64,000 nt of DNA from assembly GCA_047517965.1 (NCBI GenBank), contig JAKZRU010000006.1, forward strand, positions 8,445 to 72,444, in the 5' to 3' direction. Shown one piece after another: positions 47,908 through 58,675 of the stretch (position 1 is its first letter; the number at the start of each line of letters is the position of its first letter). The translations under genes were made by a program, and so were the position numbers. Source of the stretch: Gammaproteobacteria bacterium (GTDB lineage: Bacteria; Pseudomonadota; Gammaproteobacteria; Arenicellales; JAJDZL01). The notes beneath the pieces were generated by a model. It searched no databases and was not told the DNA's origin. It saw only the letters and a program-made list of their open reading frames with translations.

Positions 47908-48579
47908 TTAGTTTCCACTGGCTACACTATCCGGTTCAGCTTGTGAAATCAACTTTTCTACATAGGGTAATATTTGAACCACGATCAGCGATACTCCTGC
48001 TTTGTTTGGATGAATGCCGTCTTGTTGGTTCAAGCTGGCATCCGTTGCGACGCCCTCAAGCAAAAACGGATAGAAGAGGACATCAAATTTTCTAGCGATT
48101 TCCGGGTAGATTGCATCAAACGCTTCATAGTATTCGGGACCAAGATTCCTGGGAGCCATAGCGCCTGCGAGCAAAACCGGTAATTTTCTGGATTGAATTC
48201 TTTTGAGGGTATCAATTAAGTTCTGTCTAACCAAATCTACCGGAACCGCACGAAAGGCGTCGTTACTGCCTAGGTTCAGAATGACTGCTGAGTGCGGATC
48301 TGATAGCACCCAGTCGATGCGTGCCAGTCCACCACTGGTGGTGTCACCTGAAATTCCTGAGTTCACAATCTGAACTGAGTAGCCTTTTTCATTTAATGCG
48401 TTCTCTAGCTGAGCAGTAAACCCTTCTTCGGGTTTCAGCCCGTAACCAGCGATCAGGCTGTCGCCAATCGCTAAGATTCTGATCGGGTCGCTTGCGTATG
48501 CCCTTGTAATCAGCACCAGGGAGATGATGATGGCAAAAAGGATTGTACGGGTCAATCTAAAGTTGATATCTGTAATCAT
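47908..48579 (-). CDS. tesA: SGNH/GDSL arylesterase-thioesterase (TesA-like)
   Basis: 223 aa with a signal peptide, block I 'ILAIGDSLIAGYG', block III 'LGSNDA' and block V 'DGIHPN'. Confidence 0.85.
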   Translation of the reverse strand: MITDINFRLTRTILFAIIISLVLITRAYASDPIRILAIGDSLIAGYGLKPEEGFTAQLENALNEKGYSVQIVNSGISGDTTSGGLARIDWVLSDPHSAVILNLGSNDAFRAVPVDLVRQNLIDTLKRIQSRKLPVLLAGAMAPRNLGPEYYEAFDAIYPEIARKFDVLFYPFLLEGVATDASLNQQDGIHPNKAGVSLIVVQILPYVEKLISQAEPDSVASGN

Positions 48580-48645
48580 ATCTGTATTGACAGCTTACTA
48601 ATGTAATCTAGCGAGCCGGCGTGTACGCTAATCTCAAGTCGCGGC

Positions 48646-48691
48646 AAAACTGACCGGATCAGTCGCTCGCGACATCAATCCGGTCAGTTTT
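48646..48691 (-). terminator. rho-independent terminator downstream of the BCCT gene (hairpin symmetrical on both strands)
   Basis: Perfect 14-bp arms AAAACTGACCGGAT (48646-48659) and ATCCGGTCAGTTTT (48678-48691) are separated by an 18-nt loop, with A and T runs included. It lies 69 nt past the BCCT stop on the minus strand. Confidence 0.65.
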
Positions 48692-48759
48692 ATACGATGT
48701 TCAGATCAACAGCTTCAATCCTTGAAGGTTTGGAATTTCCTGAACTGTCAGCAAAATTC

Positions 48760-50319
48760 CTATTTAGACTCGGATTCGCCTACAACAATTGTTGTTTCTG
48801 AATCCGCCATGCTTCCATAGTCCTCTTCCAGCCATTTCTTGAATGACAAGACCATGATAATCAGCACACCCATAAGCGGTAGCGCCACCACAACCGATGC
48901 GGTTTGCAACGGTTTAAGGCCGCCAAGATACATCAAGCTGAGTGATACAGCCGCAAGCATGAACGCCCAGAACAGGCGATGCCATCGAGCTGGTTCCTGC
49001 ATCTCGCCATGCTGTTCTTCAGTGGCAACTGCTGCGAGCGTGAAAGCTGACGAGTCTAGAGTGGTCGCTCCGAAAATAAACGCCAGTACCACGAACACAA
49101 CCAGCACAACGGTTCCGATCGGCAAAGCCACTATGGTAGCCACAATCGCTTCCGGCGCGCCAGAATTCGCTAGAATGTCAGATATTGGAACGATGCCATT
49201 CAGGTCGAAATACATGCTGGTGTTACCGAGTATGGCGAAGAAAATCCAGCATCCAAATGTACCGCCGACAACTTCAGCCACAATCAGTTGTCGAATCGTT
49301 CGGCCTCTGGAAATGCGCGCTACGAACAATCCCATAAATGGGGCATACGCGATCCACCATGCCCAATAGAATATCGTCCAACCCTCGGGGAATCCGCCTT
49401 TCTCAATCGGATCCATCCAGAAACTCATATAGACGAAATTCTGAATCAGAAGTCCAACACTATTGGTAAACGTACTGATAATGAATACCGTCGGTCCAAA
49501 TAGAAAAGTAAATCCTAGGACAACGATAATCAGGATTAGATTCACATCGCTGAGTCGCTTGATGCCTTTCTCCAGTCCGGAGTAAACGCTCATTCCGAAA
49601 ATAATCGCCCAAATAATGACCACGATTACATCAAGAATGAAAGTTCGGTCTACATTGAACAACTCGGCAATACCTGCCGACAGCATTGGCGTTCCAAGTC
49701 CCATGGAAGTACCGACGCCGCCGATCAAGCCGAACATGAACAAGATATCGATCACTTTGCCGATTATTCCTTTTGCGGCCTTGGCTCCGATAACGCCCTC
49801 GCATGCCGCAGACAAACGCAGAACTGAACGCTTACGATTCCATAGCATATAGGCGAGTGGAAGCGTGGGAATACAGTAGACTGCCCAGGCAGTGAAACCC
49901 CAATGGAACATTCCATACATGGCAGCAAATTCAGCAGCCTTGGCTGTCTTCGGTTCAATTCCAAGCGGTGGACCGCTGTAGTAATACGCCCACTCAATCG
50001 TTCCCCAATAAAGAACGGCCGCACCGATTCCAGCGCAGAAAAGCATGGCGATCCAGCTGGGTAGAGAGAATTCAGGCTTGGCGTCGTCGCCGCCGAACCT
50101 GACGTGTGCGAACTTGCCCATGGCAAAATACACAAGAATGCCGAACGCGCCAATGGTAAACCATAGGTAGGTCCAGCCTAGTTTTCCTGTGGTTACACCT
50201 AGCAGTCCGCCGAGAAATTTCTGCCCTGCTTCGGGGGCAATGATTAAAGGTATGACTAGGCCTCCGATAACAATCAAGGACACCCAGAAAATTGTTTTGT
50301 CAATTTTTGGACCATTCAT
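48760..50319 (-). CDS. BCCT (betaine/carnitine/choline) family transporter
   Basis: 519 aa with 12 TM helices. 'WTIFYWAWWIAYAPFMGLFVARISRGRTIRQ' is the BCCT signature region. Confidence 0.92.
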   Translation of the reverse strand: MNGPKIDKTIFWVSLIVIGGLVIPLIIAPEAGQKFLGGLLGVTTGKLGWTYLWFTIGAFGILVYFAMGKFAHVRFGGDDAKPEFSLPSWIAMLFCAGIGAAVLYWGTIEWAYYYSGPPLGIEPKTAKAAEFAAMYGMFHWGFTAWAVYCIPTLPLAYMLWNRKRSVLRLSAACEGVIGAKAAKGIIGKVIDILFMFGLIGGVGTSMGLGTPMLSAGIAELFNVDRTFILDVIVVIIWAIIFGMSVYSGLEKGIKRLSDVNLILIIVVLGFTFLFGPTVFIISTFTNSVGLLIQNFVYMSFWMDPIEKGGFPEGWTIFYWAWWIAYAPFMGLFVARISRGRTIRQLIVAEVVGGTFGCWIFFAILGNTSMYFDLNGIVPISDILANSGAPEAIVATIVALPIGTVVLVVFVVLAFIFGATTLDSSAFTLAAVATEEQHGEMQEPARWHRLFWAFMLAAVSLSLMYLGGLKPLQTASVVVALPLMGVLIIMVLSFKKWLEEDYGSMADSETTIVVGESESK

Positions 50320-50337
50320 CTGTTCTACCTCTCAGAA

Positions 50338-51474
50338 TTAGAATTTGACCGCTCGGTCGATTTCGCTTGGTTTCGGCTTCAGCCACTCTTTAAAACTGAC
50401 GCTCAGATGTGCCATGTTTTCAGCCCACCAATGCGAATCAACACGAACCGAATTGTCCAGATTCGATGTAGGAAGATACGGTTTGACAGTATCGCTGATT
50501 AGCGCTTGTGATGATTTGCGTACAGGTCCGTAGGAAATGTAATTTGACTGACTCGCCATGTTTTTGGTCTGTAGCGCGAATTGAATAAAACTCCTGGCGT
50601 TGTCAAGACGGGGAGATCCTTTCGGAATCGCCCAATACTCGACTTCCACCATCTGCCCGTCCCAGACGATGCTAATCGGCATGTTTTCTTCTACGATTGG
50701 GCCGAATAGCCGTCCATTCCAGGCGGCGGTCATGGTGACGGTGCCGTTAGAAAGCATATTCACGGGCTCACGGCCGGAACTCCACCACACGATATGTGGT
50801 TTCAAGACCGAAGCGGTCTCGAATGCATACGCTACACCTTGCGGCGTTGACAGCACTGAATATACGTCACTTGGTGCGACTCCTTCGGCCATCAGTGCCC
50901 ATTCAAGCAGTCCTCGGGGGTCACGGCGAAGTCCACGCTTGCCTGGATATTTCGTTACATCGAAAAAGTCAGCAACTGTGCTCGGCTTGTCATCTGGAAA
51001 TGCAAGATTGCTGTATGCAAATACGGTCGACCAGACGACGCTTGGATAGCCGCACTCGTGAAGATATTTCTCAGGAATGTCTTCATTGGCCGGCGTACCA
51101 TCGTCTCCATCCGCAATGAGTGAAACATCCGCTGTTTCAAGCAGGCCGTCTCTACACGCTGCAATTAGATCCGAGAACTCCATGTCGACTACGTCCCACT
51201 TGACATTTGCAGAACTGACCTGACTTCCAATTTCAGTCAAGCCGCCGCCGTAGTCAATCATGTTGACAAACTTTCCAGTTGCGGCCTCCCACGGACGCAC
51301 GTACGCGAGCATCTGGCTACGCGTATAACTCCCCCCGAAACTCACTACATTGAGAGTCTGCTCATATAAATTAACTTGAGCCAGCGCCGGGGTTCCGAGT
51401 CCACCGAAAAGCAAAAAGATTGCAAAAGGCAACAGGAATCGACACTTGGCAAGTCGTAATGGGCGAGGCACCAT
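50338..51474 (-). CDS. periplasmic solute-binding protein (PotD/PotF-like, ABC family-1 type)
   Basis: It has the signal peptide 'FLLPFAIFLLFGGLGTPALAQ' and a type II SBP pattern ('NVVSFGGSYTRSQ...', 'WDVVDME...', 'VEYWAIPKGSP'). I prefer the ATG at 51474, which has a G-rich RBS. The ORF track starts at a GTG at 51489. The stop is 18 nt before the BCCT start. Confidence 0.75.
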   Translation of the reverse strand: MVPRPLRLAKCRFLLPFAIFLLFGGLGTPALAQVNLYEQTLNVVSFGGSYTRSQMLAYVRPWEAATGKFVNMIDYGGGLTEIGSQVSSANVKWDVVDMEFSDLIAACRDGLLETADVSLIADGDDGTPANEDIPEKYLHECGYPSVVWSTVFAYSNLAFPDDKPSTVADFFDVTKYPGKRGLRRDPRGLLEWALMAEGVAPSDVYSVLSTPQGVAYAFETASVLKPHIVWWSSGREPVNMLSNGTVTMTAAWNGRLFGPIVEENMPISIVWDGQMVEVEYWAIPKGSPRLDNARSFIQFALQTKNMASQSNYISYGPVRKSSQALISDTVKPYLPTSNLDNSVRVDSHWWAENMAHLSVSFKEWLKPKPSEIDRAVKF

Positions 51475-51785
51475 AAATTCCCCCCTCACACAATTGCGTG
51501 TGAATAAATCAAAGGAAAGAAGTGCAGTGTTGTCACAACACTACAGTATTTGCCGTAAATTCGGCACATCACAAAGAATTGTTTAGTCTGTTATGATTTT
51601 TCATTGTCGCTAGACACTGTATCCAACAATTAGGTATATAACAAAATACTGGTTGTTGTTTTGTATTTCAGTCCTATATCAGCACAACGCCAGTACAACC
51701 ATATATCTATTTTTGTTGAAATAAATTCTGATTTAAGTTGATTGCGATTTTGTCGCAGGGTTCTAAACAGTGCTGAAACAATTCG

Positions 51786-52496
51786 ATGAGAGGAGAGAGA
51801 ACGATTTTGGACAGTAAGCCTGAACCCATCATTTCCCTGATCAACCTCTGGCTTGAGCTAGACAGCCAGGCGGGAATTGTCCAAATTTTGCGCGGTATCG
51901 ACCTTGAAGTTCCAAATGGAGAAAGCGTTAGCATTTCCGGACCATCCGGCGCCGGAAAAACGAGCTTGATGATGATAATCGGTGGAATCGAGAACGCAAC
52001 TCGTGGAACTGTAACCGTTGCAGGTCAATCTCTGATTGATCTGGACGAAAAGAACTTGGCGAAATTTCGTCGAAATAGCGTGGGGATTGTTTTTCAGTCG
52101 TTTCACCTGATTCCTACTATGACAGCATTGGAGAACGCAGCGATGCCGCTAGAGCTGTCGGGTGCGCCGGACGCATTTGCCCAGGCTGAGGAGGACCTTG
52201 TCAAAGTTGGTTTGGAGAGGCGGCTTGAACATTATCCAAGTCAGCTCTCCGGAGGAGAACAGCAGCGAGTGGCAATCGCGCGTGCCTTGATCACGCAGCC
52301 TGAGTTGATTCTTGCGGACGAACCGACCGGAAATCTGGACAATGCGAACAGTGAGAACATCATAAATCTTCTATTTGAGCGATGCGCCGAGAAAAATGCC
52401 ACGCTGCTTCTAATTACCCATCAAGCTGAACTCGCAGAGCGTTGCAAACGGCATATTGAATTATCCGATGGCAAAATTGTGAATAATCGCATCTGA
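51786..52496 (+). CDS. ybbA: ABC transporter ATP-binding protein (YbbA/LolD/MacB-type)
   Basis: 236 aa with Walker A 'GPSGAGKTS', the signature '[14 protein letters not shown]' and 'ADEPTGNLD', which is typical of FtsE/LolD-class ATPases. Confidence 0.88.
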   Translation: MRGERTILDSKPEPIISLINLWLELDSQAGIVQILRGIDLEVPNGESVSISGPSGAGKTSLMMIIGGIENATRGTVTVAGQSLIDLDEKNLAKFRRNSVGIVFQSFHLIPTMTALENAAMPLELSGAPDAFAQAEEDLVKVGLERRLEHYPSQLSGGEQQRVAIARALITQPELILADEPTGNLDNANSENIINLLFERCAEKNATLLLITHQAELAERCKRHIELSDGKIVNNRI

Positions 52497-52506
52497 TCAG
52501 CGTTTG

Positions 52507-55032
52507 ATGATTTCCACAGTCGTAAAATTTGCCTTACGCGATTTGCGTCATGGATATCGCGGATTCTGGATATTCTTCGGCTGTCTCGCATTGGGTGTGG
52601 CTGCAATCATGGGAGTTACGACCATGTCGGCGAGCGTGTTGAATGGCATTGAGCGAGATGGAAAACTTCTTCTTGGCGGTGATATTGCAGTTGGGCAGCA
52701 ATGGCAAGATCTGACCGATGAGCAGCGAATTGTGCTGGTGGAGAATACAGAGCAAATCACACGATTTGTTGAAATGCGAACTCTGATGCGCACGCCGGAT
52801 GCTCGAAAAAGCATTTTGGTTGCTCTAAAAGCAGTAGATGACGTATACCCTCTGTATGGTACCTTCGAGATAAATGAAGGCTTGAATTTATCAGACGCGG
52901 TTAAGCGCGACGGAAATGACTGGGGCGCGGTCGTTGATGCCGCTATTGTCGAGTCGGGCAGAGCTGAGGTCGGAGAGCATGTCTCTATGGGCACCGCGAG
53001 CTTCAAGATTACCGGCATCATCAGGAACGAACCTGATCGAATTGGCAGTTCTGGAAGTTTCGCATTTTGGCCGAGAGTGATCGTTCATCGCGACGCGATT
53101 GTGAATTCCGGGCTGCTGGGTGAAGGCAGTCGCAGTTACTACGAATATCGCCTGAAGCTGGACGAGAATGCCGACCTCGATCAGCTCTCAAGCGGAATTG
53201 CGGAACAATATCCGCTTTTGGATGTGCGCGATTATCACAACGCATCGCCAAATCTATCCGAAATCGTTCAGCGTCTTGGTGTTCTGCTGTCGCTTGCCGG
53301 GCTCACGACGCTACTGATCGGAGGGGTCGGAGTAAGTAATGCGGTTCGAGCCTACATGGATACCCGTCTATCGACAATTGCTATTTTCAAGTGTGTCGGA
53401 GCCTCCAAAAATTTTGTGTTTAATGTGTATCTGACTCAGACATTGCTGCTTTCGACTGTCGGAATAATTCTGGGTATCGCAGGAGGATTTGCCGCAACGT
53501 CTCTCAGTGCAGCAGCGATCGAACGAATGCTGTCGGTACCGCTTGCGCTTTCATTCAACCTCCCGAATGTTTTGATTGTGTCAACGTACGGCATGTTGAC
53601 AGCTTTGCTGTTTACGATTTGGCCGCTGGCATGCGCACTGAATACAACACCAGCTGCGCTATTTCGTAATGCGGTATCGAATGAAAAGCAAACTGCGTCG
53701 TGGAGATTTGCCGCGACTTCGATTGTGCTGGCAGCGTCTTTAGCGATTATCGTGATTGCAACCGCGCATGAGCAACGGTTCGCAATCTGGTTCGTCATTG
53801 GCGTTACACTGGCCTGGACCGCATTTAGAGTCATCAGCGCGCTGATAGTGAATACGGCAAAAGTGATGGGCAGGCCACGTTCTTCCACAGTAAGACTTGC
53901 AATCACGAATCTGCACAGACCTGGTTCCTCCACCTCGGATATAGTGCTTGCAATCGGCCTTGGACTATCGGTCTTGATTGCTACCGCAATGGTTTCAGCA
54001 AATCTCGATAAACAGATGAACAGTCTGATTCCGGAAAAGGCTCCGGCATTTTTTTTCATGGGCATTCAGTCATCGCAACTCGATCAGTTCAATGAGCTCG
54101 TACATAGTATTGATGGTGTAAGCGATCTCACTGTGCTGCCCTACATTCCAGGCAGGATCACCGCAATCAAGGGAATGCATCCGCGCGACGCGCTGGTTGA
54201 CGAAGGCGGCGAGTGGCTGATAGACGACAACGGAGAGAGAACTTTTTCGTATACCGCCAACCCGCTCGACCAAGTCACAATGATAGAGGGCGATTGGTGG
54301 CCGAGCGACTACAGCGGCTCGCCAATGCTTTCGGTTCACAAAGATGTCGCTGATAGTTTCGCACTTGAAATCGGCGATAGTATTACGATGAATATTCTCG
54401 GTCGCGACATTACTGGTAAAGTACGTAATGTACGCGAACTGGAGTGGCGCTCCATGCAATTGAACTTTGCGATCATGCTATCACCGGAACCCCTGAGATC
54501 GATTCCGCATTCGAGCATTGGCACAGTGCACGTGACGGAAGAAAATGAGTTTGTTCTTCAGGAGCGAGTTGCAAGTGCATTCCCGAACATTACCGTCATT
54601 CGAATAAAAGACGCGTTGAATCGAGTGAATGATTTGATGATTCGAGGAAGAAACGCCGCGCGCGGAATCAGTGCCGTGACGATAATTGCAGGCGTGCTGG
54701 TGCTCACCGGAATCGTGATTTCAGAAAACCGCCGCCGTGCTTACGAAAGCGTGCTTCTAAAAACGATAGGCGCTTCGCGTCGCTATATTCTCACCGTATA
54801 TTCGCTCGAATATCTGCTTCAAGGAGGCATTACTGCGGTGGTTGCGGTGCTGCTAGGTTCTCTCGCGTCCTGGGCCGTAATAACGGTGCTGATGGGATGG
54901 GAGTGGTTCTTTATGCCTTTATCCGCCGTGAGCACGGCAGTACTTGGTTTGTCGATCTCACTGTTTCTCGGCATGATGGGGATTTGGAGAGCACTGAAAC
55001 ACAGGCCTTTATTCTATTTGCGGAACGAGTAA
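52507..55032 (+). CDS. ybbP: FtsX-domain ABC transporter permease (YbbP-type, duplicated 4+...+4 TM)
   Basis: About 841 aa with two FtsX-like TM bundles separated by soluble domains. It follows ybbA by 8-11 nt. The same tesA / ybbA-ybbP neighbourhood is known in E. coli. Confidence 0.8.
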   Translation: MISTVVKFALRDLRHGYRGFWIFFGCLALGVAAIMGVTTMSASVLNGIERDGKLLLGGDIAVGQQWQDLTDEQRIVLVENTEQITRFVEMRTLMRTPDARKSILVALKAVDDVYPLYGTFEINEGLNLSDAVKRDGNDWGAVVDAAIVESGRAEVGEHVSMGTASFKITGIIRNEPDRIGSSGSFAFWPRVIVHRDAIVNSGLLGEGSRSYYEYRLKLDENADLDQLSSGIAEQYPLLDVRDYHNASPNLSEIVQRLGVLLSLAGLTTLLIGGVGVSNAVRAYMDTRLSTIAIFKCVGASKNFVFNVYLTQTLLLSTVGIILGIAGGFAATSLSAAAIERMLSVPLALSFNLPNVLIVSTYGMLTALLFTIWPLACALNTTPAALFRNAVSNEKQTASWRFAATSIVLAASLAIIVIATAHEQRFAIWFVIGVTLAWTAFRVISALIVNTAKVMGRPRSSTVRLAITNLHRPGSSTSDIVLAIGLGLSVLIATAMVSANLDKQMNSLIPEKAPAFFFMGIQSSQLDQFNELVHSIDGVSDLTVLPYIPGRITAIKGMHPRDALVDEGGEWLIDDNGERTFSYTANPLDQVTMIEGDWWPSDYSGSPMLSVHKDVADSFALEIGDSITMNILGRDITGKVRNVRELEWRSMQLNFAIMLSPEPLRSIPHSSIGTVHVTEENEFVLQERVASAFPNITVIRIKDALNRVNDLMIRGRNAARGISAVTIIAGVLVLTGIVISENRRRAYESVLLKTIGASRRYILTVYSLEYLLQGGITAVVAVLLGSLASWAVITVLMGWEWFFMPLSAVSTAVLGLSISLFLGMMGIWRALKHRPLFYLRNE

Positions 55033-55135
55033 GGTACCGTGGCATGAATTATGCAAAATGCGCGTTTGGTATAATGAACCGAGTCGCAAGTATAATTTGC
55101 AATTACCTTTATTCGGACAGGCGTTCCAGTTGATC

Positions 55136-55609
55136 ATGCATACAAGCTCAAAAAAATCTTTCCTAGAATTGTGGGTAGGACTGTTTGTTCTAGGCGGCAT
55201 ATTGGCGGTCGCACTGCTTACTTTCAGGGTAGGCGGCACCGGTGCATTCAACGTTGAGCGCAACTATCAGGTTTATGCAAATTTCGATAATATCGGCGGT
55301 TTGACGATCAAGGCACCGGTAACGATTGCCGGCGTGAACGTCGGCCGCGTGTCGGGCATCACTGTAGATTTGCAACAATTCAGTGCCCGGGTAGAAATGT
55401 CGATTTCGGAAGAGTTCGACAATATTCCGGTTGATTCGAGCGCCAGAATTTTGACTGCAGGTCTGCTGGGTGCGCAATACATCGGATTGGAACAGGGTGC
55501 GGAAGACATTTTTTTGAAGGATGGAGACGCGCTTGACATCACGCAGTCAGCATTCAGTTTGGAAGATATCATTGGCGAGTTCTTGTTCAGAGTGACGACG
55601 GGCGGCTGA
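55136..55609 (+). CDS. mlaD: MCE-domain protein MlaD
   Basis: 157 aa from the ATG at 55136. It has the N-terminal anchor 'ELWVGLFVLGGILAVALL' and the MCE core 'IGGLTIKAPVTIAGVNVGRVSGI'. The ORF track extends to 55058. Confidence 0.88.
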   Translation: MHTSSKKSFLELWVGLFVLGGILAVALLTFRVGGTGAFNVERNYQVYANFDNIGGLTIKAPVTIAGVNVGRVSGITVDLQQFSARVEMSISEEFDNIPVDSSARILTAGLLGAQYIGLEQGAEDIFLKDGDALDITQSAFSLEDIIGEFLFRVTTGG

Positions 55610-55614
55610 AGAAT

Positions 55615-55932
55615 ATGGCTGTGCAAGTGAAAACGTCAATTGGAAGTGATTCCACTGCCGACGTTAGTGTCCGCGGTGTGCTTCGGTTTGATACGGTAAA
55701 CTCGATATATAAAAGTCTAAAGTTCGGTGAGAGTGGATGCAAACGGTTTCGAATCGACCTCAGTGGTGTAGAAGGAGCAGATAGTGCAGGAGTCGCGCTT
55801 TGTCTCAGTTGGATAGAGAGTGCGCGCTGTAACGATGTCCAAATCGAATTCATTTGCGTGCCTGAAAACATGATGAGGCTTTTGCGCGTGAATCAGGTTG
55901 ACGAGCTGTTCAAAGTTGCGCATGCTATTTGA
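55615..55932 (+). CDS. mlaB: STAS-domain protein MlaB
   Basis: 105 aa with the STAS pattern 'RIDLSGVEGADSAGVALCLSW'. It starts 5 nt after mlaD. Confidence 0.75.
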   Translation: MAVQVKTSIGSDSTADVSVRGVLRFDTVNSIYKSLKFGESGCKRFRIDLSGVEGADSAGVALCLSWIESARCNDVQIEFICVPENMMRLLRVNQVDELFKVAHAI

Positions 55933-56003
55933 TTTTTTGATTGTGTTAAAATGTCAAAAACTTGCAAGTACCATAAATTGAATGAACCTGGATTGGCATT
56001 GAG

Positions 56004-56246
56004 ATGGTAACGCCCGAAGATGTGAAGCAATGGATTGAGGAAGCCCTGAGTGATTCATCAGCTGAAGTAGTTGGAGACGGCAGGCATTTTGAAGCCGTTG
56101 TTGTGTGCCCGCAATTCGATGGCAAGTCGATGCTAGAGCAGCACAGGATGGTTTATGGTGGGCTAGGCAATAGGATGGATGATGCGATTCATGCATTGTC
56201 CTTACGAACATACACTCCCGAACAATGGAATAGCAATACTGCCTGA
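56004..56246 (+). CDS. ibaG: BolA-family protein IbaG (YrbA)
   Basis: 80 aa. 'GDGRHFEAVVVCPQFDGKSMLEQHRMVY...IHALSLRTYTPEQW' is the BolA/IbaG pattern. It occupies the conserved position between the mla genes and murA. Confidence 0.88.
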   Translation: MVTPEDVKQWIEEALSDSSAEVVGDGRHFEAVVVCPQFDGKSMLEQHRMVYGGLGNRMDDAIHALSLRTYTPEQWNSNTA

Positions 56247-56294
56247 CTGTTCGAAACGGATGATTGTCAAACACTGACAGGAGAAATCGAAATT

Positions 56295-56606
56295 ATGGAT
56301 GTTGAAAACCGCATCAAAGAAACAGTAACCAACAACCGAGTTGTTCTATTCATGAAAGGAACGCCTCAGTTTCCACAGTGTGGATTTTCCAGCCGCGCGA
56401 TACAAATCCTTGAGGCCTGCGGAACGGAGTACGAAACAGTGAATGTATTAAGCGATATTGATGTCCGCGAAGGCATCAAGCGCTATTCGAACTGGCCTAC
56501 AATTCCACAAGTTTATATCAATGGTGAATTCGTCGGTGGCAGTGATATCCTGCTATCGATGTATCAGAATGGTGAGCTTCAATCAAAGCTAAACCCTGTA
56601 AACTGA
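56295..56606 (+). CDS. grxD: monothiol glutaredoxin (Grx4 family)
   Basis: 103 aa with the active site 'PQCGFS' and 'WPTIPQVYINGEFVGGSDI'. Confidence 0.93.
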   Translation: MDVENRIKETVTNNRVVLFMKGTPQFPQCGFSSRAIQILEACGTEYETVNVLSDIDVREGIKRYSNWPTIPQVYINGEFVGGSDILLSMYQNGELQSKLNPVN

Positions 56607-57953
<1,347 letters not shown>

Positions 57954-58012
57954 AGTCGCGAGACTCAGCGGATTTCCACTCTCCACCATCTGCATGGCGG
58001 ATTGCGATAGAT

Positions 58013-58675
58013 ATGCCCAATAGTCGCATAACGATTGCTATTTCAAAAGGTCGAATCACGAAAGCGGTGCAACCGTTATTGGAATCAGCAGGCATCGGAC
58101 CGCTTGAAGACTTGCACAAGTCGAGAAAGCTGGTGTTCGAGACGCAGATGCCTGACGTCGATCTGATTGTTGTGCGTAGCACTGATGTCCCCACTTATGT
58201 CCAACTCGGTAGCGCTGACTTCGGAATTGTCGGCAAGGATGTACTGCTTGAGATTCAAAACGGGAGCTACTATGAACTGGTTGATCTCGGAATATCTCGA
58301 TGTCAGCTGGTTGTCGCTGAAGTAGAGGAATTCGAGCCGGAACAAGGCTATAGTGGTCGCAAGAGCAGAGTGGCGACCAAATATGTCAATACGGCTAGAA
58401 GGCACTTTGCTTCAAAAGGAATCTATGTTGACGTGATGCACCTGAGCGGTTCAATGGAACTTGCCCCATTGCGTGGTCTGGCAGATCGAATTGTAGATCT
58501 GTCTCAGACCGGCGAAACACTTCGCAGCAACGGTTTAAAGAAAGTCGAAGTTATTGCCGACATCAGTACGCGTCTGATTGCCAACAAAGCCTCTATGCGG
58601 CTCAAAGAGAAATCAATGAAGTCCATTGCAAGCAATTTGGAAGTGGCTGCTCGAGAATATGCCGATGGAACTTGA
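58013..58675 (+). CDS. hisG: ATP phosphoribosyltransferase, short form (HisZ-dependent type)
   Basis: 220 aa. 'ITIAISKGRI...DLIVVRSTDVPTYVQLGSADFGIVGKD...DLSQTGETLRSNGL' matches HisG, and the length fits the short HisG(S) class. Confidence 0.92.
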   Translation: MPNSRITIAISKGRITKAVQPLLESAGIGPLEDLHKSRKLVFETQMPDVDLIVVRSTDVPTYVQLGSADFGIVGKDVLLEIQNGSYYELVDLGISRCQLVVAEVEEFEPEQGYSGRKSRVATKYVNTARRHFASKGIYVDVMHLSGSMELAPLRGLADRIVDLSQTGETLRSNGLKKVEVIADISTRLIANKASMRLKEKSMKSIASNLEVAAREYADGT

